DNA of 63,586 nt, counting the filler, from Collodictyon triciliatum (taxonomy: Eukaryota), in the NCBI GenBank assembly GCA_043381765.1. It is 20 parts of 20 records of this genome, joined end to end, with 100 filler letters (N's around TTAATTAATTAA, not from the genome) between each part and the next. Parts side by side here need not be neighbours in the genome. Positions count along the whole stretch, not along the records: positions 42,621 to 45,791 come from JBHJMP010007686.1; positions 45,892 to 49,062 come from JBHJMP010007687.1; positions 49,163 to 52,333 come from JBHJMP010007688.1; 17 more parts are not named here. One strand, written 5' to 3'. Shown piece by piece: positions 43,232 through 52,333 of the stretch. The notes beneath the pieces are model-generated. The model was given only the letters and a program-made list of their open reading frames with translations, was not told the origin of the DNA and ran no database searches. Positions within the stretch are counted from its first letter, which is position 1; each line of letters starts with the position of its first letter. The position numbers and the translations under genes are program-made.

Positions 43232-45601
43232 TTATTTCGGTATTTTATGTATATCAACCTCAGACGAAGCAGGCGCAGGAGTCGGCAACTTCAGCTGGTA
43301 TGTAATGAGGAATGCCGGATAAGCCTGAGCATGTTCGTAGGTGACATGGACCCTCGAATGGTCATGAATCCCAGAGACGGAGTCAAACAAATTGGAGGGA
43401 TACTTCAGGGATGGAGGGAGCTGCGGATTTGGCGGAGGGGCGCGCAGGTCGGGCTGGTTGATATTTTGATAGTGGGCCATCTCGCCGCACGCAACATGGC
43501 ATAGGAACAACTGAAACATCGGGGCCGTAAGCGACGACTCGAATTTGTAGGCAAACTGATGCGCAACATCGGCACAGTCGAAAAAGTGATTGCCCATGCC
43601 ATAGAAAGAGGGCTCCGCCAGGCGATGTTCGAACCCAATGTCGCTGTTGCACAAACTCTCTGGGGAGAGCGTGCGGGGGCCATAAAAGAGACTCCGCTCG
43701 TTGGCGCCGTTGGAATTCTTCGATGCTATCCTCTCCTTTGTTAGGCGGTAGGCCTTAAGAAAGTTATGGTTTTCGACCACCTGAATCAGCAGAACCTCTG
43801 CACTGTCCAAGGTTTCATTCACGCGCTTAGTAATCGCAGAGTAGAGCGGGTCGAGGGGCAGAATTGTGTATGTCCTCTTTACACTAGGCTCCAGCACAAG
43901 GTTCTGGAAGGACTTGGGCCAGAAAGTGTTTGTGCTGCTGTCGGGGAATTTTGTTACAACAGTTTTGCGCGAGTTCTGGTAGCCGACGTTGGAGATCTTG
44001 TTTGCCACAGGATTGGCCACCACCTGAAAGGATGATACTGCACCTGTGCCCAGACTACCCAGTATGCGTGGAGATTGGTGAAGGCTCGGATGAAAGAACT
44101 GTCCTGCAGGGGTTGTTGGGCTGGTATTCGGTATGCCCTTGAGCACATGAGAAATCAAGGATGCTCTGTTCACTTGAAGTCGGGGAGGGTAAGGGTAGAT
44201 GCTTTCGTGCAAGGGTCCAATATTGTTCCTTACCAGGGCAGGAAACATCTCCATATGGTCCAAGTCGACCCTCACGCTAAATGGAGATACGTATCTCGTC
44301 AGCTTCATGACGCGATCATTCGAGGTGTCTCTCAGGGTCATCTCAAGGATGTTGATAATAAGGGGCTTTGTGGCTCCCATCACTTGGAACACGTGGTCTT
44401 CCTTTGTTGCATTCAGACGGAACTCCTCGATGCGTAGACCCAGAGGAAAATGCAAGGGCATCGGCTTCACAGACTTTGGAATGCCTGCTTCATAAAAGAC
44501 TCCGACTTGGACCACTCGCCTCCGGATTGACTGGGTGATGTCTTGGTACGTGATCGTTCCGTCAAGGAAGGAAACCGTAGAGCCTCCCGCTTTTGTTGGG
44601 TCTGTTCTTAGTACAACGCTGGTCTTCAAATCTTGATATCCAGACTCGATTATCAAAGCTGACTCCAGTTTAATTGGTATGAATCGCCCGGGTCGTTCCT
44701 CAAACTCCCAGATTGCGCATACCCTGCGAATGAAGAATCTTTTCCTGTCCGAGATGCGATACAACGACCAATTCCCGGGGCTGATGGCGAATAGGCCGAC
44801 ATGATACTCAGCATAATCGGAGGACAAAAGCTTATTCAGATCGGGCATGAAGCTGGTGTTTTCCTTTACAGAGTCATTGGGCAGTTTCTCTTTGAACTCG
44901 CTCGATGCCTTCAATGATTGCAAGGTCGAACCCGTGCCTGGTGCAATAGCCACCCACTTGGACTCTTGCATAAATAGCGACTCGAGCTTGGAGGCCAAGG
45001 CCTTGTTAAGCAGGACCCAAGTCTTGTCTTGCGTCATGCATTCCCAAATGTTGTTGTGGTCCTTCATGTCTGGGGGATACGGAAGTGCATCGACAGATGT
45101 GGGGGTTTGGGGAAGATATGTCTGATTCGTTGCTGCTTTCGGGTATCCATGCTCAGAAGAAGGCATATGCATATCTCGTAGTAGGTTGTTGCTGGTACAC
45201 TGGGTTGATTTCCCCCCAGGCGATATGGTCAGTGCTAACTCTGAATTCGAGTTGAAGTTCAAAGACATGTCTTTTTTGTTTAGGTATTCGTCATCAAAGT
45301 CGCTATCGGCATCCGGCCATATGGGTGGTTTGTAGCTCATAAACAAAGCGTCTGCTCTGTGCTGAACTTCGTAGGACGATGCCTTCCTTTTGTCTTCAAA
45401 AATTGTGGGGGTGTCTGTCCGTGTATTAATTTTTGGTGCTGTAGTTGACACGTTCATGGGATATGCTGGGGTAAATTGGATTTTCAGCGAACGTTCTGTT
45501 TGACCGGGATCATTGTGAATCTTTCTTTTGACAGAATACAACTTCCCTTGTGGAAGGAGGCTCTTCTCTCCTGGGTTCGACTTTAAAGGGGCAGGATTCA
45601 T
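43232..45601 (-). CDS. Intronless WWE-like and PARP-domain protein (PARP12/13/TiPARP-like), likely catalytically impaired
   Basis: C-terminal NERSLFYG..GFEHRL..YGMGNHF..QLFLCHVACG..DLRAPP..LFDSV..YEHAQAYPAFLITY. WWE-like segments IWECMTQDKTW..KLESLF and IWEFEERPGRF..IIESGY. Confidence 0.88.
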   Translation of the reverse strand: MNPAPLKSNPGEKSLLPQGKLYSVKRKIHNDPGQTERSLKIQFTPAYPMNVSTTAPKINTRTDTPTIFEDKRKASSYEVQHRADALFMSYKPPIWPDADSDFDDEYLNKKDMSLNFNSNSELALTISPGGKSTQCTSNNLLRDMHMPSSEHGYPKAATNQTYLPQTPTSVDALPYPPDMKDHNNIWECMTQDKTWVLLNKALASKLESLFMQESKWVAIAPGTGSTLQSLKASSEFKEKLPNDSVKENTSFMPDLNKLLSSDYAEYHVGLFAISPGNWSLYRISDRKRFFIRRVCAIWEFEERPGRFIPIKLESALIIESGYQDLKTSVVLRTDPTKAGGSTVSFLDGTITYQDITQSIRRRVVQVGVFYEAGIPKSVKPMPLHFPLGLRIEEFRLNATKEDHVFQVMGATKPLIINILEMTLRDTSNDRVMKLTRYVSPFSVRVDLDHMEMFPALVRNNIGPLHESIYPYPPRLQVNRASLISHVLKGIPNTSPTTPAGQFFHPSLHQSPRILGSLGTGAVSSFQVVANPVANKISNVGYQNSRKTVVTKFPDSSTNTFWPKSFQNLVLEPSVKRTYTILPLDPLYSAITKRVNETLDSAEVLLIQVVENHNFLKAYRLTKERIASKNSNGANERSLFYGPRTLSPESLCNSDIGFEHRLAEPSFYGMGNHFFDCADVAHQFAYKFESSLTAPMFQLFLCHVACGEMAHYQNINQPDLRAPPPNPQLPPSLKYPSNLFDSVSGIHDHSRVHVTYEHAQAYPAFLITYQLKLPTPAPASSEVDIHKIPK

Positions 45602-45891
45602 GATCGTCTGCTGTCCCTGTTCGACTTTGCTCTATCTGATACTGAATTGTCGAAAGCATCACCGTGATGTGTTATCTTTTCTTCTTTTATAATTATTTTG
45701 TTTTATTTTGTTTTATTTTGTTTTATTTTGTTTTATTTTGTTTTATTTTGTTTTATTTTGTTTTATTTTGTTTTATTTTGTTTTATTTTGTNNNNNNNNN
45801 NNNNNNNNNNNNNNNNNNNNNNNNNNNNNNNNNNNTTAATTAATTAANNNNNNNNNNNNNNNNNNNNNNNNNNNNNNNNNNNNNNNNNNNN

Positions 45892-46032
45892 TAACAAATC
45901 CTTTTCACTTTTAAATTCGACAGTGCCACCACAACAAGAGCTGCGTTTGAGATGGTCGACGGTATATTTCCACACACGCTCTATAACTAACACACAAGTC
46001 ATAAGTAATGAGATTATCGTAATAGGTTCCAT
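45892..46032 (-). CDS. Small viral-type membrane protein, truncated
   Basis: N-terminal TM helix followed by KRSSCCG. It starts 16 nt after the capsid stop. Confidence 0.6.
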
Positions 46033-46048
46033 TACTTATATAAATATT

Positions 46049-47609
46049 TTATTCTACGCGGAAAGTCTGCTGGTTGGATTGAATTTCAAGGACGGCGTCG
46101 TACAAACTTGCAACAATAACCTGATAGTCTTTTCCAACAGCACCACTAAACTCTAGCCGCAAACTCATCAAGCCGCTGCCGCTAGACTGAATGTCTGATC
46201 CGACGATCTCCCCCTCAACCGCATCGAGGACTTTGCGCAGATTGAACCCAAGCATGAATTCAGAATATCCTTGTGCGGCTTCACGTAAACAACGAACTAC
46301 ATTGGTGTCATCAGTATCAGCAAGAGCACCACCTGCTCCATCTGAATAGCTGTTGTAATTAGTATTTTCAAATCTAACAGCATCAGATCCATAGGGTGCA
46401 ACAAGTTCTTTACCACCTTCTGTTCTAGGTACTAATTCACAACTAGCTAACAAATTAAAAGTAGTTGTATATTTTGGTCCTCTGAATTCAGTTCCATCAA
46501 ATCCAAACGGCCCAGTGTATTCACCACGAACAAAAGTAAGACCCAGTGCTTTTTGTAATTCAACAAATACCTGACTTGCATCATTTTCACAATCCATAGG
46601 TTGAAGAGGATAATAAAAACTTCCTAGTTGTAGCTGGGCAGTTTTGAGATTTGTTGGAAAATGTTTTCTGTCACGGCCTGCTACTGTAAATTTGTTTTGC
46701 TCAGCACTGTCGAAAAAATGCAACATATACAGCATTTAATGACTTTACTGTGTCATTAATATTATACACAATATTTGAAGTTGTAGTAGATGGCAGAGAA
46801 TAAAGTGATGTCCTCCAAGTCTTGTATGGAATTTGCAGCGGAATTCCTCTTTGAATACTGGATTGAAGTTGTTGGTGATATTCAGGAGCCATTCTCACCA
46901 AATCATAAGACATATAACAATTAGATAAAACATATGAAGCTGTAGCGTCTGGAAGTCCAATAACAAGTCTTGAGTTAACTGCATCAGTATCACTATGATA
47001 AGCTTGCATGCACTGAGATGCTGGTGCGAGCTCTATTTCAATCTGAAAGGCAGTCACACTATCGATTAGACTTGTAGAAATCAAACCCGAATACTGACTG
47101 ATACCCGATAATCGCAAAGGAATACAATAATTTTTCTTTTTCAAAGTCGAAGTCAACAATGTAGTTGATCTATGGTTTCTAATTCTGTCATATGCAGAAC
47201 CAATGCCCATTGTAGCTTTGCCTACTGTATCATTAAAATCTTTTGAAACATAATTCATAAACATAGAGTCCAAGTAATTATATCTTTGTATGTCTTCAAG
47301 AAGAAAGGAAGTTCCTTTGCGGATACGCAATGCTGAAATAATTGATTCAATTGAATTGTTAAAATAATAATCGTGTGTTCCAGCAGCGCCAGCACCAGGT
47401 GTAATTTCAACATCAAAATGAAACATCAATGTGTCCATATCTAATTCCATACCTGTCTCGTTCGGGACGTTCCAGAGAATTCTATCTGTCAGGGTTGGAC
47501 CAAAACGGCCGCCGTTAAAGGGAGTTACCTTGGATGTGTTTCGCGCAAGCACTTTGTCATTGTAGTTCTTGACGCGCATGTATTTTGCTTCAGAGGGAAA
47601 TTCAGCCAT
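46049..47609 (-). CDS. Major capsid protein, Polinton-like virus type (double jelly-roll), about 519 aa, frameshifted
   Basis: ORFs 46701-47609 and 46049-46735 fuse when one base is removed from the A6 run near 46713-46718 (AVYVAFF/DSAEQ). Motifs VTPFNGGRFGP..ILWNVP..LD..LMFHFDV..SIISALRI..LEDIQRYNYL, YCIPL.LSG, QIEIELA, YVLSNCYMSYDLV, QLQLGSFYYPLQP..FVELQKALG and YDAVLEI resemble PLV MCPs. Confidence 0.8.
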
Positions 47610-47624
47610 ACATTAACAAAGAAA
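47607..47624 (-). promoter_or_regulatory. Shared upstream motif TTTCTTKGYTAATGT-ATG (second copy at 47988-48005)
   Basis: TTTCTTTGTTAATGTATG before the capsid gene and TTTCTTGGCTAATGTATG before the 119-aa ORF are identical at 16 of 18 positions. Confidence 0.6.
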
Positions 47625-47630
47625 AAAAAA

Positions 47631-47990
47631 TTATGTCATTGGACGAAATCCGCGTCCTGTTGAAGCGAGCACGTAGGCCTGGCCGAGGTCCTGAATTCCT
47701 GAGCCGATGGCCGATGCGTTTTTAAGTTTCCAGTCGGTATTTCCCAGGGTTGTCAGGCCTTTTCCCAGGAAATTTGCGGCGGTGATTGTGCTCACCAGCG
47801 GGTTGGCAATTGTCTGGAATGCAGGTTTGATTCCTGTTCCCTGCAGCCCCAACTCAACCAGTCCGCCGCTCGCTCGATTCAAATCCGAGTAGGCTCTATC
47901 TAATCGTTGCAGTTTGTTTAGTGCGTTTTCAGTGTGCCGCGTAAGAAAGCGACCGACACCTCTGGCTTGTTTTCTAACATCAACAATCAT
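47631..47990 (-). CDS. Viral hypothetical protein (119 aa, basic, Gly/Ala-rich amphipathic)
   Basis: Complete intronless ORF 21 nt upstream of the capsid gene, on the same strand and sharing its upstream motif. Confidence 0.7.
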   Translation of the reverse strand: MIVDVRKQARGVGRFLTRHTENALNKLQRLDRAYSDLNRASGGLVELGLQGTGIKPAFQTIANPLVSTITAANFLGKGLTTLGNTDWKLKNASAIGSGIQDLGQAYVLASTGRGFRPMT

Positions 47991-48023
47991 ACATTAGCCA
48001 AGAAATTTTATATAAATTATATT

Positions 48024-49062
48024 ATGAGCTTCCGTTCTTTTACTCGACAAGAATTTATATATTATATGGAAACTGTGAATCCTCATTTAGCAACTGAAGA
48101 AGATCCTTGGATAACAGGAATGACAAGAGATGAAGTTGTAGAATATTTACAAGCTATGACTACAGACCAGTTACCTCAAAAAACAATTAGTACAATACAA
48201 AGTAAAGAAATATATGAAACTAGGTTCAATTATGCGTGGTCAAAATATAAAGAATTTTTTCCAAAAGCACCTGAATCTATTAAAAATCATCCAACATTTA
48301 AGTATGGAGTTATTGAAACTAAGAAACAACCTGAGTCATCAAAGCTTTCATCATTAGAAGCTGCATTGCAACCGTTTTTTGGTTCTAGAGTTGAAATTGT
48401 TAGTAAATCAACTGACCCCTTTGACCCCTTAGACCAGCCACCCGAAAGTTTAGGTAAATCTAGGGGTTCAAAAGCTTCAGCAGTGCCAATTAGGTCAACC
48501 CCTATTATTATAAGTGATGAAGAAGATGAAGAAGGAGCAGAAACAGTCGGTGAAGCAGTTGCAATAGAGAAAAAAGCAAAGGAAGTAGAAGATAAGGGAC
48601 GATTGGATGCAACAATGGATGAGCTAAATGCGTATTTTGCACAATTTGACAAGGCAATAGAAAGCCCCGAAGGAGAGGAAAAATTGCAACAAATGGCAGA
48701 CGAGGTTAAACAAGAAATTGGAAATAAAAAAGAGTATTTGACAATAGGATACCTTCAGAAAAAAAATGCGCGTGGTCAGAAAGTAAAATCTAAAGTGTAC
48801 ACAGGTATGAATCTTTGTTTTAAAGAGTGGTATAAACACAGAGGGTTTAGTTATAAAGATAACGTTCCAAAAGATTTTGGTGAGGAAAAGGAATTTGAGT
48901 TTATGGAATACATGGACAATGAATTTGACGAAGACGTGCGATTATATCTTTATAGCTTTGCTGCCAACGAAGAACTAGATTATACAGAAGATGAAATTTT
49001 AGATTTGATATGTTGGAATGTTGCGTACTACAGATTTATTGCTTTGCTTGAAAAAGAAGTAC
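48024..49062 (+). CDS. Viral hypothetical acidic protein, 3' truncated
   Basis: Intronless AT-rich ORF of more than 340 codons from ATG 48024 (MSFRSFTRQEF...), divergent from the structural genes with a 33-nt gap. Confidence 0.7.
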
Positions 49063-49282
49063 NNNNNNNNNNNNNNNNNNNNNNNNNNNNNNNNNNNNNN
49101 NNNNNNTTAATTAATTAANNNNNNNNNNNNNNNNNNNNNNNNNNNNNNNNNNNNNNNNNNNNATGTTGTGGCCTGCTATGAAATGATTGGAGACATCAGC
49201 CATGATTTGAAGGAGTATCTCTTTATTAATTATTATTACATATTTAATTGAAAACAATAATTTATTTACCCTTATTATCCTA

Positions 49283-52200
49283 GCTTTAAGGGTGCTTTGG
49301 AGGCGTATACGAAGACGCTGGATATTCGCGTGAGAACACTGGGCGAAAAACATGCAGAGTATGCGACTTCCCTGGAGAATATTGGCCGAACAAACTTTGA
49401 GCTTAAAAGGTAATTTTTCAATTATATTAAAAAATTTCATATTTTGATTAACACTTGTAAAAGCATACATATATATTCACTAATATACCTTCATTTAGAT
49501 TGGACCAAGTCGTGGAGTACTTCCAGAAGGCAGCTGCTATCAGAAAGGAGACACACACAATCATATCACTGAAAGATGGTTCACAATGTACAAGGATTGC
49601 GGAACTTATGGGAGACAAGAAAGAGCATGAATTAGCCATTCAGCTTTACAAAACAGCTGCTCTTAGACATGGTGAAAAGTCCTCCTATGAAAACTGGGAC
49701 TGCTGGGTGGCTTGTGAAAATGCAGACAAGACTTACAAGGAACTGAAGCAGCATAACGAAGCAGTGGCATTCTGGGCTGAGATGAGAGACAGATTCGCAT
49801 ATAAACTCGGATGGATTCACTCCAGAACATTAAATTCGTGCGAATACTTGTCCGTCCATTCAAAAGAAATCGGAATCAACAAAGAGCCTGTCGAGTTTAC
49901 AAGAGTCAAGGAATTCATCTGTGAAACTCTTGATGATGCAAAGCTGGATGAGGAATGGAATCGTGAACAAATTATTGCATCGTTATTCAGAATTGTCTTC
50001 ATGTCAAAGACTGATGAGAGCAAATCAAAGGCTGCATCTGATGCAATCACACTTTTGAATTTCATGAATGTTTTGTTCGCTGGGATGGATTTATCAAACA
50101 TCAATATTCCACATGCAAATCTCAGTAACTCAATCCTTGATGGTGCAAATCTCACTGGTGCCAACTTGGATGATGTTGATTTCACAAATTCGATGCTTGG
50201 TGATTGTGTTTTTGATAATGCGAATATGAGTAATTTAAAATTCGGAATTCCTCATGATAAACTAGAAGGTCATACAAATCATGTCACTAGTGTTTGCAAT
50301 ATCCAAGGACCGAATGGTGAAAAGTGGCTGGCTTCTGGGAGTTATGATGATACAATACGCATTTGGGATGTAGCCACAGGAAACCAAGTCAAAACATTAA
50401 AAGGTCATACAAGCTGGGTCTTGAGTGTTTGCAGTATGCAAGGGCCGAATGGTGAAAACTGGTTGGCTTCTGGAAGTGATGATAAAACAATACGCATTTG
50501 GGATGTAGCAACAGGAAACCAAATCAAAACATTACAAGGGCATACAGAACGTGTCAACAGTGTTTGCAGTATTCAAGGGCCGAATGGTGAAAATTGGTTG
50601 GCTTCTGGAAGTCTTGATAACACAATACGCATTTGGGATGTAGCTAAAGGTAACCAAATCAAAACATTAGAAGGCCATACAAGCTGGGTCTTTAGTGTAT
50701 GCGCTATGCAAGGACCGAATGGTGAAAAATGGTTGGCTTCTGGAAGTAGTGATAAGACAATACATATTTGGGATGTAGCCACAGGAAACCAAATCAAAAC
50801 ATTAGAAGGACATACAGGATGGGTCATGAGTGTTTGCAGCATTCAAGGGCCGAATGGTGAAAACTGGTTGGCATCTGGAAGTAGTGACAAAACAATACGT
50901 ATCTGGGATGTAGCTATAGGAAACCAAATCAATAAATTGGAAGGTCATACAAAAGATGTCAATTGTGTTTGCAGCATTCAAGGGCCGAATGGTGAAAAAT
51001 GGTTGGCTTCTGGAAGTAGTGATAAGACAATACATATTTGGGATGTAGCCACAGGAAATCAAATCAAAACATTAAAAGGACATACAAATGATGTCAATAG
51101 TGTTTGCAGTATTCAAGGACCGAATGGTGAAAATTGGTTGGCTTCTGCAAGTGAAGATAAAACAATTCGTATTTGGGATGTAGCCACAGGAAACCAAACA
51201 CACAGTCTGCAAAAATCAGAAGTGACCTACACGCAAGGAAAATACCTTGTCAAGAAAGAAAAGCCTGACGAAGTCATCGCAGTATTCAACAGAACAAGTG
51301 ACGCGATGAACATGATTGACACCAATAGAATCCAAGATGCAAGGACAGTCCAGATTATCGGCCCAAGAAAGCTGCAAGGTGGAAACATTCAAATCAGAAA
51401 TGTCACGGGATTGAGTCGATTCAACAAATCCCTCCTTCTTTCTATCGGTGCTGCTTCCTTTGATGTGGACTTTGCTGCCTATTGTGAGCAAGGTAAGTTC
51501 ACCAAGTTCCAGGCTCAAATGATGGATGAGTGCTATGAAAATGGATGGGGTGTTGATAAAGACACCGAGAAAGCAGCTGAATGGAGACAGAAAGCTGAAA
51601 ACTTTGAAAAACTGAAGCAACTCGCACAACAAGGCTCAAAGGAGGCATTCAATGTTTTGAAAGAAATGGCTGAAATGAAGGAAGATATTCTGGGATATGG
51701 AATAAGAATTGGTGAAAAACTCAAATATCCACAGGCTGTTTCTATTGTTGCAGAATGCTATAAGAATGGATGGGGTGTTGAGAAGGACACTACAAGATAT
51801 ATCGAGTGGCTTGGAAAAGCTGAAAACTTTGAAAAACTGAAGCAACTAGCACAACAGGGCTCAAAGGATGCATTCAATGTTTTGAAAGAAATGGCTGAAA
51901 TGAAGGAAGATATTCTGGGGTATAGAATAAGAATTGGTGAAAAACTCAAATATCCACAGGCTGTTTCTATTGTTGCAGAATGCTACGAGAATGGATGGGG
52001 TGTTGAGAAGGACTCTTCGGTGTCTCTAAAATGGGAAATATTCAGTGGAAAGGCTGAAAATTTTGAAAAATTGAAGCAACTAGCACAACAAGGCTCAAAG
52101 GGTGCATTCAATGCTTTGAAAGAAATGGCTGAAATGATGAAAGATATTCTGGACCGATATGGAAACAAAATTGGGGAAAAACACAAATATCCACAGGCTG

Positions 52201-52333
52201 TTTCTATTGTTGCTGAGTGCTATGACAATGGATGGGGTGTTGAGAAGGACACTACAAGATATATCGAGTGGCTTGGAAAAGCTGAAAACTTTGAAAAACT
52301 GAAGCAACTAGCACAACAGGGCTCAAAGGATGC
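49283..52333 (+). CDS. TPR, pentapeptide repeat, 7x WD40 and SEL1-like tandem-repeat protein, partial
   Basis: Exon 49283-49408 encodes a KLC-type TPR (ALEAYTKTLDIRVRTLGEKHAEYATSLENIG). The long exon has AASDAITLL..FAGMDLSNINIPHANLSNSILDGANLTGANL..V.F..FG, seven 45-aa WD40 units and three or more 75-aa units containing ECY.NGWGVEKD. Confidence 0.9.

Noticed and set aside
42621-52333. Apparent defence-plus-virus island (PARP, capsid module, WD40 receptor side by side)
   Set aside because: The three lie on separate contigs joined by artificial linkers in size order, so the adjacency carries no biological information.
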